The notes: a model not told the origin generated them from the letters alone. A DNA stretch of 64,000 nt from Candidatus Marinacidobacterales bacterium (GCA_965237955.1 OZ250169.1:4640001-4704000); one strand, 5' to 3'. Counted from the first letter of the stretch, positions 19,886 to 31,524 are shown. Program-made: numbers and translations.

Positions 19886-20903
19886 ATGACGTTTCAATGG
19901 CCTTCCGACTTCGTGCGGATCCCCGACGAGGAGTGGGGCCGTCGCCCCATCGAAGAGCTCGCGCGCAAGTACGACACCGTGGAGGCCCACGGCTGGTATC
20001 GAAACCTCGAGCCGACCGTCACGGCGCTCGCTGCATTCTTGAACGACGGCGACGTGCTCCTGGACTACTCGGCGGGCACCGGAATCCTTGCGAGCCGTCT
20101 TCTTACCGGAGATCCCGACTTCGGAATTCTGCTCGTCGATTCCTCGCCCAAGTTCTTACGACTGGCTCTCGAGAAGTTCCGTCACGACGAGCGTGTCGCC
20201 TTTCGATGGGTTCGCTACTTGCGAGACGAGAAACGCATCCAGTTAATAGACGAAGTCATACGCGGCGAGCTCTTGACTCGCGGGATCAAAGCGGTCTCGA
20301 GCACGAACGCCATTCACCTCTATTACGACGTTCCCGCAACGATCGCTTGCTGGAAGCGGATCTTGTGCCGCGACGGCGCGGTGTTCGCGCAGTCGGGCAA
20401 CATCCGCCATCCACGCGCGCCGGCGGAACACTGGATCATCGACGAAACGGTCGAGGCCGTTCACGAGGAAGCCCTCCGCATCGTCGCCGCCGATCCGGAC
20501 TATCGGCTCTACGTCGAAGGGACTCGCGAGCCCGAGCGGATGAAGGCCTACGAGCGCCTTCGCCGCAAGTTCTTCCTTCCGGTGCGCGACCTCGACTACT
20601 ACCTGGAGGCATTTGAGCAGGCGGGCCTCCCCGTGACCGACGTGTTCTAACAGGGCCTACGACGCCAACGTGGAACAGTGGTATCAGTTTGTGAACACCT
20701 ATCACGAAGGTGTATTGGGTTGGGTCGGCGGTAGCGAGCGGATCGAGGGCAAGCGGCCCGGGCCAAAGGCAATAGAAGATCGCCTGGCCCTCATGCGAAA
20801 AGCCATGGAACGGGTTTTCGAAGGAAATGCTTCCTTCCTCGCAGGATGGACCTACCTCCGTGCGGACAAGGGCGCTAGTGCTCGATCCCCGGTCCTCGTG
20901 TAG
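19886..20903 (+). pseudogene. Class I methyltransferase, frameshifted near 20645
   Basis: 'LLDYSAGTG'; the frame stops at 20650, but removing one T in GTGTTCTAAC joins it to the 20670..20903 ORF. Confidence 0.7.
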
Positions 20904-21195
20904 CGTGTGACTTCACCTTGAGGTAGACGATTTCCATTCGGAGATCGTCCAGCCGAGCGCGAAACGACTCGGGTGCGGCCTGTCGCTCATCATTATTAAT
21001 ACTAATCCGGACGGGTTCGCGGGCCAACGCCCGTCGGCGGGCAAGGCATCGGACGATTGGTCGCTGCGAGGGAAGGAAGACGAGAACGAACTCGTCAGTA
21101 CCCAGACGGAGCAACCGCGAGCGCTCAGAGGAGGCGAGAACGGCGCGTAAGTCTTTGATTTCACACGCGGACGCATTTTGATGAGGCACAGGTGG

Positions 21196-22491
21196 CTACT
21201 CAATTTCTACCGCCAAGAGTGAAACATCGTCTTCCCGCTTGGCATCGCCGCTAAAGGCTTGGATGCGTTCCAGCAGATAAGAAATCGCGTCCTGGAGAGG
21301 TCGGTCGCGACTCTCGTCGACGGCCTGCTTCAGGCGATCCCTGCCGAAAGCCTCGTCGTGCGGGTTGACGACTTCGGTCAATCCGTCCGAATAGAAGTAG
21401 AGTCGAGAACCGGGCTCAGCTTTTATGAGTTGCTCTTCATAGGTGGCGTTGCTGAAGAGTCCAATCGGAAAACCGTATTCTCCAAATTCAAACGCCGGCC
21501 CCCGAGGAGGCTTGTAAACAGGTGGAGGGTGGCCAGCAAGGGCATAGCAGAATTGCCTCGTCTTGGTGCTGAGGACCTCATAGATCAACGTAAAGTACTG
21601 GGGGATTACGGCCTCCGCGTCCATTGGGAACAGGCGGTTCAAGCCTCTCAAGACCAGGGCCGGGGAGACGATGTCGTAGCTGGACCCGCCATCCTGCAGT
21701 CGAGTCAATAAAGAAGTAGGGCCTAGGATGGGTGTCAAGACCCGGTGAAGGGCAACGGAAAGCATCGCCGCCGAGGCCCCATGTCCGCTGACGTCGAGGA
21801 GGTAGAGGCACAGATGCTCCCTATCCAACTGAAAGATATTGAGCGTATCGCCATGGAGTTCCTCGCACGGCTGGACCTCCCACGCAACCCTCACCTTCTC
21901 CAGCACCTGAGCACGCTTTGGCAGGAGGGATCTTTGAATCTCGGCCGCGGCCTCAAGCTCGGCTCTCATCCGCTTGTTTGCCTTCCGTAACTCCTCTTCG
22001 GCTCTCTTGCGCTCACTCACATCCCGAACCATCGCGATCATGCACGTTCTGCCGTCGACAGCGATGAGGGAGGCCGAGATCTCGGACGCCAGTTTCCTCC
22101 CGGACTTGGTCGAACACGTGAGCTCGTTCGTCCAGCCGACCCCCTCTTTGCGAACGTGCTTCGCAAAGGCCTTGACCTTAGGCATTTCGTCCGGGTGGAT
22201 CGCCGACATCGGCAGGGAAAGGAGTTCCTCACGCGCGTATCCCAGCATTTCGCAGGCCTTCGGGTTGACTTGGATAATCTCGTCGCGGTCTGCGTCGACA
22301 ACGAGGATCCCATCATTGGAGTGATCAAAGATCGTTCGAAAGGCCTCTTCGCTTGTGCGGAGGGCCTCTGCGGTCTTGTTCCACTCCTTTCTTGCAGCCT
22401 CGAGTTCAGCCACCTCGGAGCGCAGCTCCTCCAGTTGACGGGTGGACTGCTCGCCGGACTTCTCAGAGTCCTTCTTGGGAGTACGTGACAT
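21196..22491 (-). CDS. PAS domain + SpoIIE/RsbU-type PP2C phosphatase
   Basis: PAS ('VNPKACEMLGY'), 'DVSGHG', 'YSDGLTE', 'DDVSLL'. Confidence 0.9.
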   Translation of the reverse strand: MSRTPKKDSEKSGEQSTRQLEELRSEVAELEAARKEWNKTAEALRTSEEAFRTIFDHSNDGILVVDADRDEIIQVNPKACEMLGYAREELLSLPMSAIHPDEMPKVKAFAKHVRKEGVGWTNELTCSTKSGRKLASEISASLIAVDGRTCMIAMVRDVSERKRAEEELRKANKRMRAELEAAAEIQRSLLPKRAQVLEKVRVAWEVQPCEELHGDTLNIFQLDREHLCLYLLDVSGHGASAAMLSVALHRVLTPILGPTSLLTRLQDGGSSYDIVSPALVLRGLNRLFPMDAEAVIPQYFTLIYEVLSTKTRQFCYALAGHPPPVYKPPRGPAFEFGEYGFPIGLFSNATYEEQLIKAEPGSRLYFYSDGLTEVVNPHDEAFGRDRLKQAVDESRDRPLQDAISYLLERIQAFSGDAKREDDVSLLAVEIE

Positions 22492-22575
22492 TCATCACCT
22501 CGGGACCCTTTCTCGCGGCTGTGCGGGTGCGTCCTCCAGGAGAACCGAGAGGGGCCTCGCAGGAAGGCGGCGGGC

Positions 22576-24237
22576 TCAGCGAAGCCGCCGAAGATCGATG
22601 AGCCCGAGGCCGATGTCATTGTTCTTTGTCTGCTGGCCCAGCGGGTCGGCGGCCGCCTCGAGCGCGTCGCGTAGCGAGGCGACATCCATAAACGGGTTCG
22701 CGGAAAGCACGAGCGCCGCCGCTCCTGCCACGTGAGGGGTCGAGGCAGAGGTGCCGTAAAATCGTCTTATGCCGAAGGAAACGGTGGAGACTTGGTCGGG
22801 GGCAACCAGATCCGGTTTCACGCGACCGTCGGCTGTGGGCCCGCGAGAGCTGAAGGATTGGACCTCGAGAGAGTCCAAGGCTACGGCTCCCACGCTCAAC
22901 GCCCCCCGAGCATCGCCGGGCAGGGTGAGCGTGCCAGCTGGCGTCGCCAAGTTCGCAGAGACATTGTTGCTCGCCCAGAGGTAGAACTTCTGAGAGGAGT
23001 TCAGAGGGCTTGCCGGATCGTGACGGACGATCGCGTACAGAACCTCTTCCTCGGATTCGAAGCTGAGGAGCTCCAGTGGATCTTGGACACCGGCCTGAAC
23101 ATCGCGGCTGCTGGCCACGATGTCGGGATTGTCCTCCGAAATATCCCAGCTGCCGGTGAAGCCCGGCTTGACCACAAAGAGATCGTAGTCGTGCTCGCTC
23201 GCACCAAACGGATCGTCCCAGCGTAGGCTCACCATGGTAGTTTGATACGGGTTCACAGTTATGGGCGCCGCGAACAGACGCTGGTCGCCGAACTCGAGGA
23301 ATCCATCCTGGTCGATGTCCTGCCAGGTTCCCTGATAGTATTTCTCGGCTTCGTTGCCTGCTGCGGTCACGAAGAGGATTCCGGAGGCGGTGATCCTGTC
23401 CACCGTTTGAGCGATGATGTGATTTCCGTCGGGAGAAAAGAGGTTGTCGAACCCTATGGAGTGGCTGATGATGTCGACCCTCGCTCCCATGAGCTGGTCC
23501 AGTTGCTCGCCCCAAGAGACGAGATCCTCGAAGGCGGCGAAATACAGCTCCGCCCCGGGCGCGATGTCGTGAATGATCTCCGCGCACGCAGTGCCGTGCG
23601 GGCTCTCGAACTCTTCCAGGTTGCCTAGGACGAACGTGGCGGAGGTTCTTTCCGCGGGAAGCTCGCTCCCGATCAGCGCCTCGGCATTCTGAAAACCCAC
23701 GTCCAGCACACCGACGACGACCCCGCTTCCGTCCACGCCCATTCGCATGATGAAGTCGTCTGCTCCGATCACCGGCGCTCCTTCGCTCGTGATTTCCTTG
23801 GGGCTCGGGTAGTAAGGCGGCCGCATTCTCGCGACTGCGGCGTGGCTTGCCACCCGGCGAACCGCGCTCGCCGGCAATCTCACCTTCACCAGTTCTCGGA
23901 ACTGGCCTTCGATGGTTCCTCCTGCGTCCTGAACCACCCCGACGACGTCGCTCGCCGTCGCCCCGGGGGAAAGGACGATCACTGCGGTCACCATGCGGGT
24001 GTTCGAATCTAGGTACCGGAGCCCCCGTGCGAACGCCAGCTCTCGCCGTTCCGACGCTTTTGCAATGCGGTGCAAAGCATAGGACAGCTTGCCGTACTCC
24101 TGCTTTTCGGACTGCGCCCAGGCCACCGTCGGCAGCGCGAACAGGAGGAGGACGCTGGTCGATTGTAAGAAAAATCGAAGCGTTCGCATCGAAGAACTCA
24201 TTTCAGACAGGAGCCAGGCGAAAGCCGGGACCGTCAA
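22576..24237 (-). CDS. Secreted S8 (subtilisin-like) serine peptidase (start uncertain)
   Basis: Triad motifs 'GVLDVG', 'HGTAC', 'GTSASTPHVAG'; signal peptide. Confidence 0.9.
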   Translation of the reverse strand: MTVPAFAWLLSEMSSSMRTLRFFLQSTSVLLLFALPTVAWAQSEKQEYGKLSYALHRIAKASERRELAFARGLRYLDSNTRMVTAVIVLSPGATASDVVGVVQDAGGTIEGQFRELVKVRLPASAVRRVASHAAVARMRPPYYPSPKEITSEGAPVIGADDFIMRMGVDGSGVVVGVLDVGFQNAEALIGSELPAERTSATFVLGNLEEFESPHGTACAEIIHDIAPGAELYFAAFEDLVSWGEQLDQLMGARVDIISHSIGFDNLFSPDGNHIIAQTVDRITASGILFVTAAGNEAEKYYQGTWQDIDQDGFLEFGDQRLFAAPITVNPYQTTMVSLRWDDPFGASEHDYDLFVVKPGFTGSWDISEDNPDIVASSRDVQAGVQDPLELLSFESEEEVLYAIVRHDPASPLNSSQKFYLWASNNVSANLATPAGTLTLPGDARGALSVGAVALDSLEVQSFSSRGPTADGRVKPDLVAPDQVSTVSFGIRRFYGTSASTPHVAGAAALVLSANPFMDVASLRDALEAAADPLGQQTKNNDIGLGLIDLRRLR

Positions 24238-24369
24238 GCCACCTTAGAATGTAACCGCTCGGATTTCAAGCGAATCAGGTTGAAAGCGAGACCAGCGAGG
24301 CTGCGGGGAGGAGACAATCGCAAAGAGCGTGTAATCATTACGACGGGTAAATATTGGCATAAGGAATAA

Positions 24370-24935
24370 TACATCGGCAGCTCGGACATCGCCATGTGGG
24401 GCGGCGGCGGCAACGTGGTCGAGGGCAACTTCCTCGGTGCCGCGCTCCAACGCTGGCGCCTCGAACAACCTCGTAACTCGCAACGTCTTCGGAAACGTAC
24501 CCCGTCTCGAACGAGATGCGCGGAGTCCAACTTCGTCGAGCACAAGACGAAGCCGTTTCCGATCACCGATCGTCGCTTCTGCTGCTTCTGGCCGCGGTCG
24601 GATTCTTGCTGCTCCTCGCTTACGTCAACCTGGCCAACCTCTTCTTGTTCCCCGCGCTGACGGCGGCGCGGGACGGGCTCGTCGACGTCCTGAAGGACGG
24701 AGCGCGCTCGGGGTGCGGCCGTCGCCGTGCGCTCGGGGGTATTCGCTCTCGCGGAGATCGCCATTGCGACCCTTCTGCTCGTTGGCGCGGGTCTCCTGTC
24801 GTTGCACTGACCGCCCACACCATGAAAGGCGACCGGGAGCGATGCCTCGAGGCGGGCATGGACGATTACATTTCGAAGCCGATCGACAACGAGGAGCTTT
24901 TCCGGATCATCGAGCGGCTGGCTATACCGGCACTC
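24370..24935 (+). pseudogene. Mosaic of gene fragments: beta-helix-like piece, ADOP-type ABC permease piece, receiver-domain C-terminus
   Basis: 'GNVVEGNFLG'; 'LLAAVGFLLLLAYVNLANLFL..PAL.AAR..LVDVLKDG'; 'VVALTAHTMKGDRERCLEAGMDDYISKP'. Confidence 0.6.
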
Positions 24936-25046
24936 GCTGCCAGGAGGTCCTGGGGGCCTCGCCCCGGCCACGCGGTCTTCGATCCTTCGGCTCGATGATG
25001 ATCGTGAGACTCGTGACTTCCAAGCTCCGTAACCCTTTCGTTCAGT

Positions 25047-25071
25047 TGGTGGCGGGGGCGGGATTTGACCC
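25047..25071 (-). other. tRNA 3'-end remnant (att-like site)
   Basis: Minus strand GGGTCAAATCCCGCCCCCGCCACCA resembles a T-arm + acceptor + CCA; no 5' half is present. Confidence 0.55.
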
Positions 25072-25459
25072 GATCAAGCCATTTTCTCAACTGGCTGATG
25101 GTGCGCGACTTTCGTCACTAAGTGCCTCAACCCCAACGGCTTCACCATCATTATTAATACTCTCCCAATTAATACTCTCCCAGTCCTGCCGAGTCCTCTG
25201 GAATCCTCCCGTGGTTTTGGAGACGATTTGGAGACGGACCGTTCCGGAAACGGAGGTCCCGTCGAAAGGTCCGGCTAAAGCTAGCCAGGTAAACCTGAAA
25301 GCTGTTGAAATGAAATCACTTAGCTCGCGCCCGCTGAAAAGTGCGAACAAAATCCTCGTCCGGTTCCCTTGAACTCGTTAGAAAACTGCGCCGCACCCAC
25401 CGAAAATCCTACTGAAATCCCAGTCTGCGCACCGGTCGTCCATCTTCTGTAGCGTGTTC

Positions 25460-25880
25460 TCAAGGACGGTGAGGCGACTTGCGGCTGCGAGACCTAGCGA
25501 GCTCGGCGGGGATCCGCTCGGCCTCTTCGCCGCTGTAGAAGTACTCGTCGGCCCAGATACGAGGTTGATCCCCCGGCATGACGAAATACGCCTGCAGTCG
25601 CAACCGCCCGTTGATCCCGTCGCGCTCCACGCTCCCGGCGAGAACGTAGTCGACGCCGAGTGCCTCGGCGATCTCCCGAGCGCCGCCCGCGAGCCCCTTG
25701 TACTCGAGCACATCGGCACGCGGCACCACGTCGAACACTCCGAGCGCCGCGAGCTCCTCGGTGATCGCGACCGTGACGTTCGCAGCGATGAGCTCGAGCG
25801 CATCGGCCCCGTCGAGGTTATCGAACGGAAGCACCGCAAGAGAGGGACGAGCCGACCGCTCGGAAGAGATCCGTTGATTT
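25460..25880 (-). pseudogene. TolB-N/FlgO-like domain fragment
   Basis: 'LAVLPFDNL...ITEEL...LGVDYVLAGSV'; lacks flanking domains. Confidence 0.6.
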
Positions 25881-25965
25881 GAGGAGGATCGCCTCGCTAA
25901 AGTTCAGCCCGCCCTGAGCCGACTAGGATCACTAGACATCTTTCCAATTCCAAGGCGAGAGCAAT

Positions 25966-27195
25966 CTACAAGCGCCCGCCGGGAACGAGGCGCTCGTCTT
26001 TTGCTTCGGAGCCCGTGTCTCGTTCCCGCGTCCATCGGAGCCCAGGCTCCAAACCGTCCTCGGCGAAGCTCAGATGGGTTGCCAGACAACCGGGCGAACG
26101 TTCCGGCAGATCGGCGAAACGGTCATGGATGGCCGTGAGGTCATCGACATTCTCGAGAAACAGATCCAGGAGCTCTGGGTCGAAGTGACTACCGGACGCC
26201 GCGCGCATCCGGGCTAGTGTGTCTTCGAGTGAGAAAGCTGGCTTGTAGCAGCGCTTGGTCATCAACGCATCGAACACGTCGGCGATCGCGATGATTCGGG
26301 CCACCTCCGGGATCTGATTGCCCACCAGGCCACGCGGGTAGCCGCTTCCATCGAAGCGCTCATGATGATGCTGGGCCACCTCCGCGCCCAGCTGCAGGAG
26401 CCTTGATGCCGAGCCGGCAAGGATGTCGGCCCCGATTCCCGGATGGCGCTTCATGATCGTGAATTCCTCCGGAGTCAGCTTTCCAGGCTTGTTGAGAATC
26501 ACGTCCGGGATGCCGATCTTGCCGATATCGTGCATCTTGGCGGCCGAGAGTAGCATATCGGAGTCTTCCGCCGACCAGCCACACCGGACGGCCAGCAGCG
26601 CCGAATAGTGGCTCATCCTGGATAGGTGTGCCGCGGTGCACTTGTCCTTGAACTCGGCTGCCGCCGTCAACCGCAATACCGTTTCCCGGTGGGCCAGCAA
26701 TATCTCCTGCCGGGCGGCAGCCAAAGTCCTGACCGTTTCGGTCAGCTCTCTCGTGCGCGCCTCGATCTGGGTCTCCAGCGTGGCATTGAACTGGTTGAGC
26801 TGTTTCTGGTAGCCCCCGATCCGCAGCATCGATTTGACGCGGGTCCGTAGTTCCGTCGGATCCACCGGCTTGGCGATGAAATCATCGGCACCGAGGTCGA
26901 TGGCCTTCAGTCGGCTGACGTCATCGGACCATGCCGTCATCACACAGACCGGAATCGAACGATTGGCATCGTTGCTGCGAAACTCCTTCAGGAAACGGTG
27001 ACCGTCCATGACGGGCATCGCAATATCCAGTAAGATGAGATCGGGACGATGCTGTTCGAGCACTTCCAGGGCCTCGCGCCCGTTTTCCGACTCGAGGAAG
27101 GCCAGCTCCTGGGGACGCAACACGCGCTTCACTGCATTCCGGTTCGAGACTTCGTCTTCGACGAGCAATACGATCTGTTCCACGATGTCTCCCAT
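25966..27195 (-). CDS. Response regulator with HD-GYP c-di-GMP phosphodiesterase domain
   Basis: REC 'DLILLDIAMP'; 'HDIGKIG'; 'HHERFDGSGYP'. Confidence 0.93.
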   Translation of the reverse strand: MGDIVEQIVLLVEDEVSNRNAVKRVLRPQELAFLESENGREALEVLEQHRPDLILLDIAMPVMDGHRFLKEFRSNDANRSIPVCVMTAWSDDVSRLKAIDLGADDFIAKPVDPTELRTRVKSMLRIGGYQKQLNQFNATLETQIEARTRELTETVRTLAAARQEILLAHRETVLRLTAAAEFKDKCTAAHLSRMSHYSALLAVRCGWSAEDSDMLLSAAKMHDIGKIGIPDVILNKPGKLTPEEFTIMKRHPGIGADILAGSASRLLQLGAEVAQHHHERFDGSGYPRGLVGNQIPEVARIIAIADVFDALMTKRCYKPAFSLEDTLARMRAASGSHFDPELLDLFLENVDDLTAIHDRFADLPERSPGCLATHLSFAEDGLEPGLRWTRERDTGSEAKDERLVPGGRL

Positions 27196-27215
27196 GATTT
27201 TCCGAGCGGCTCACT

Positions 27216-27751
27216 GCCTTGGTGCACAACTCCGATAGAGGCCGAGAGCTCGCTTGGCCCCGACTCCCATCATCCGATCATCTCGCTATCAGGCATCCCG
27301 AGCGCCGTCATCGTGTTGAGAATCTTGCACCCGATCCTTGCCTCGACTCTCTGTGCCGCCAACCCTCTCGCTCGCATCGCTGAGCCCACGATAGCCTTGT
27401 AGCGATGGAACGTTGTCTCGACTTTGCTCCGTTTGCTGTAGCCCGATTCTGTGTGCCACTTTCGTTTGCCGAGCCGAGCTTGTGCTGCAATGTTGCGATT
27501 GCGCTGTCGGCTGCTCGCCGGCCCCGATGCGAGCTGGGCGCCCTTGCGCGGCGGTATCAGCACCCTCGGCGAGCAATGAGCGCTGTGATTCTCGATTGCC
27601 TCATAGACGCCGCCGGCGTCGTATGCGGTGTCAGCTCTGGCCGATGAGATGGGACTGTCGATCTGTCCGACAAGCGATGCAACCCGCGATGAATCGCGGG
27701 CTCTTTTGCTCGTCAGCTCGCCGGCGACGACTTCGCCACTCTGCTCGTCGA
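27216..27751 (-). mobile_element. IS5-family (IS903-like) truncated copy
   Basis: Appears identical to 42549..43084, including the IR GCCTTGGTGCACAACTC. Confidence 0.88.
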
Positions 27752-28554
27752 TCTACGTGAATGCAAGCGTAGGTATCTGGTGGGCAGGCTGGTCGTTCGG
27801 TGGGCGGCGTTTCGACGGTTGTTTCCTGTTCTTCGTGGTGGGTCTCGCGGTGCTCTTCGATTGGCTGCGTCGGCATCCCATCATCCCAATTCTCGGAGGA
27901 AGCCTAGCCCTCGTTTTGTGGAATCTGGAACTTGCGCATCAAACGCGGCGAGGGCTCGTGCCACCCGATCGCCTCGTCTCCTTCCGAAGCGTATCGGAGA
28001 GGACCGTCCGAGAGCTATATGACCGCTTCGGCTACCCGTTTGCCGCGCCTGCGAATTGGATCTTCGCCAGGCGCTTTGGCGTTTCGCCGGAGAAGTTTGA
28101 CCGCGTCTTCGGTCACGAGGGCTTCGGAAATTTTAAGCTGGTGTTCGATTCGGGTAGCGAGCCGTTTGTTGCAACCGGCTGGGGAGACGCAGAGCTCGAC
28201 GCTGATGGACGACCGTTTCGATGGTCGCTAGGCGAGGTGTCTCAGCTATTAGTCCCGTTGCGGGCCGTGCGGGAGTACGAGTTGAACGTCGAAGTACGGC
28301 CGTTTTCTGAGACCGTGCCCAACGAGCTTCGGGTGTCCGTGAATGGCTCGACCGAGCCGGGTCGCCGTTTGAGCACGGCCGAAACGTTGACAGCGCGATG
28401 GGTCCTCTCCGCTGAGCTCTTTCGGCCTGGAGTCAACGTCCTTGCGTTCCGCCTCGTTAAGACGAAGCGCCCCTCGGAGCTCGACCTGAGTGCAGATTCC
28501 CGCGAACTCGGGGCAGCGTTTTACCGGATGGAGCTCGTCGCCGTACCGGACTGA
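27752..28554 (+). pseudogene. 3' remnant of a membrane glycosyltransferase-like gene truncated by IS5
   Basis: 'YVNASVGIWWAGWSFGGRRFD' followed by a soluble C-terminal domain; its 5' part is replaced by IS sequence. Confidence 0.6.
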
Positions 28555-28606
28555 GGCCCATCGAGGCATCCATGTCTCAGACGTGTGCTAGGATACCCGC
28601 CTTCTT

Positions 28607-30255
28607 ATGGCAGAGCTCCGGCGCTGGACTGCGACGGCTTCTCTGACACGCCCTGCCGTACTTCTCGCAATTCTCATTCTCGCGGCGGTGCTGCGCTGGT
28701 GGGGCTGGGATTACGGCCTTCCGCATCCGATGGCGCGCCCAGATGAAGAGATTACTCTGGAAGCCGCTATCAAATGTTCGCGAGCGGGAATCCGGATCCG
28801 GTTTCGCTGCCGTATCCAAGCTTCATCGTCTACCTAGACGTGGCGGCGTTGCGTCTCTACTACAAGGTGGGGGAGTTCCTGGGCCGCTACGATCGGCGTC
28901 TCGACATGCTCTTCGACATGGTCGTACTACGCCCGCGTTTTCACTACCGAGTGGCACGCACTGTGAATCTCGTCTTTGGCGTCGCAACGGTAGCGCTCGT
29001 CTATCTGCTTGCAACCACGACCTTCCAGACTCGAGACACAGGATGGCTGGCTGCTCTCCTCCTGGGCACGAGCTTACTTCATGTCATCTACTCGCGGTTT
29101 GCGACCGTGGACGTGGTCACTACGTTTCTCGCGACGGCGGCGGTACTCTTTGCCGTCCGAGCAGCTTCGTCGTCGAAAACGTCGTCCTATGTCGTCGCGG
29201 GCATGTTCGCCGGCCTTGCTGCATCGAGTAAGTACAACGCCGCCGTCGTTGTCTCGGCGCTCGTCCTTCCCGTCGTCGCCGTGCTCTTCGGTGGAGAGGC
29301 GAAGGAGCGAGCCCGATCCCTCTCCAATCTTGCAGTCGCGGGCTTGGTGACGGTTTTGGTCTTTGCAGTGACATCGCCCTTCGTCGTTCTCCACTACGAA
29401 GAGGTTTACAGATTCGTCACGCACATGGGTCGCGTCCTCACTGATGCTCCTGACGAATTGGCACTGTGGGTTCACCTGCGCGACACGTTTCCCCGAGGGA
29501 TGGGGTGGCCATTCTTTGCCGCTGCTGTTGTGGGGCTTGGTCGCGCCGGCTGGCGGCGGCGACCCGAGGACCTCGCGCTGGTTGGATTCGCTGTCGTTTA
29601 CTTCGCCGCTATCGCCGGCGCACGCATCGTCTTCCCGCGATACGTGCTGCCCCTCATACCGGTACTTGCCGCGTTCGCCGCCGAAAGTTCCGTTTGGCTT
29701 GCAGCCCGCTTTCGACACCGAGCTGCTGCTACCGCGGTCCTGACTGTTTTGCTCGTCGTGCCTTCGCTCGCGAGCTCCGTTCGATTCGATCGTCTCGCGG
29801 CTCGGACCGACACACGACTGCTCGCGACCGAGAGGATCGAGGAGAATCTCCCCAAACGGTCGAAGATCGCCCTCTGCCGTGGATACGGCGCACCTAGTAT
29901 CAACTCGGACCGTCGGCGCCCACCAGCGTTCGAGCCGGTAACGATAGTTTGTTCTGTTAACGCGATTCTGGCTTCTGGTGCGCGCTACCTCGTTACCTAC
30001 GAATACCCTCCCCTTGAGCACCGACTCGCGTCGGACGTTCACGAACTGCTCGCGAGACGTGCCACCGCCCTACGGCGCTTCGATCCCTTTCGTGCTGATT
30101 CGGAGGAGACACCGTTCTTCTATCGGCGCGATGCTTTCTACTTGCCTCTCTCCGGCTTCGGGGCCCTCGAACGTGGCGGGCCAATCGTCACGGTCTGGGA
30201 TATGAACGTAGCGGACGAGTCAGGGGCGGAGACGCCGATGGGACATCCCGGTTAA
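28607..30255 (+). pseudogene. GT39/ArnT-like glycosyltransferase, frameshifted near 28772
   Basis: 'DYGLPHPMARPDE' then 'YPS...SRFATVD...SKYN'; one A missing in ATCAAATG. Confidence 0.75.
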
Positions 30256-30414
30256 CCCTAGCTACTCGGCAGGCACCTGGATCTTTAGGAAAATCAAAAT
30301 CTCATTTCTGATGCGTGCCAGAGCGAGCACCACAGTCGTACAGGGAAGGGACCTAATCCTGTCTTACCTGTGGTCTTCCGCCTGGGTGAGCCTAGGGGTG
30401 AGTGACAAGAACTC

Positions 30415-30827
30415 GCTGTGCCTTCTATTTATTCATCCGCGCGCCCCGAACTTGATTAGTCTCCGGTCTGCCGGCACCATGTCGGCATGATTTCGTCGTT
30501 GGTTCCCGCTCTCATCTCTGCCTTCAAGGCTTGTCGCGAGCTGGCTCTCGAGAATGTCGCTCTTCGGCAGCAGCTCGCCGTCCTCCGTCGTTCGGTGAAA
30601 CGGGCGCGGCTCTCGAATGTCGACCGTGGGTTTTGGGTGCTGTTGCGCAGAATCTGGACTGACTGGGAGAGCGTCCTCGTCATCGTGAAACCTGAGACGG
30701 TCGTCCGCTGGCACCGTTGTGGGTTCAGACGATATTGGGCGTGGAAGAGTCGACGGCGTAGGCCCGGACGACCAGGCGTCGCTCCCGAAATACGTGAGCT
30801 GATACGGAACATGAGCAGGGCCAACCC
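30415..30827 (+). mobile_element. 5' fragment of an rve-integrase IS-like element (second subfamily)
   Basis: 'LALENVALRQQL...VKPETVVRWHR...PGRP...RANP' cut by the repeat at 30828; its end sequence recurs at 38498..38559. Confidence 0.75.
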
Positions 30828-30881
30828 CGTCCTGTGCCAAAACTCGGCCCTTTTGAAATAGACCACAAATCAGCAGCTTAG
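30828..30881 (+). repeat. Terminal repeat copy 1 (CGTCCTGTGCCAAAACTCGGCCC...AATCAGCAGCTTAG)
   Basis: Near-identical to six other copies. Confidence 0.92.
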
Positions 30882-31090
30882 ACGCCCTTGGAATCCGCGC
30901 AGAATCGAGGGTATTTCGCGCCGCAGGGCTGGCTTCCGACCCCAGAGCTGCGGGTGGCGAGCGACAGGCCCACCGGGGGTGCGCACGGCTGGCTCAAATC
31001 GGCTGCGGGGCGAGCTACGGGCAGTGAACTGCGCACCCGGAAGTCCCTCATTAGACTGGACTTTATCGAGCACAAGAGCGAACGTTCGGT

Positions 31091-31523
31091 GATGCCGCAG
31101 GATACAGGGGTTGGCCGGAACGTCGTTTTGGACGGTTTGGACTTCGCCAGCTTACGGCGGGTCTGGGAGCAGACCTTTGGGGCTGCTCCTCCAAGCTCGC
31201 TCTCGCGTGTTTTCCTGCGCCGCGTTCTCTTGCACGAACGCCAGTGCCGGACCCATGGCGGGCTTTCGGCCGCAACCCGGCGCGCTCTGGCCGCCATGGC
31301 GAACGAGACACCAAGCTCCGGCGCTCCCGCAGGGTCCGTTTCTGCCGGCACCCATCTCGTCCGCGAGTGGAATGGCCGGACCTACCAGGTCGAGGTAATC
31401 GACAACGGCTATCGGTTCGATGGCAAAACCTATCCGTCCCTCACTACCATCGCAAAGCGAATCACCGGCACCCACTGGCCTGGACCACGCTTTTTCGGTC
31501 TGACGCCCAAGCGCAAGGCCTAA
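31091..31523 (+). CDS. DUF2924-type protein
   Basis: 'GTHLVREWNG...YPSLTTIAKRITGTHWPGPRFFGL', directly upstream of a recombinase. Confidence 0.8.
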
Positions 31524-31524
31524 C

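Noticed and set aside
20875-21189. 104-aa minus-strand ORF after the PP2C gene
   Set aside because: No motif and a competing frame; cannot be supported.
25047-25071. Functional tRNA gene
   Set aside because: Only the 3' ~25 nt are present.
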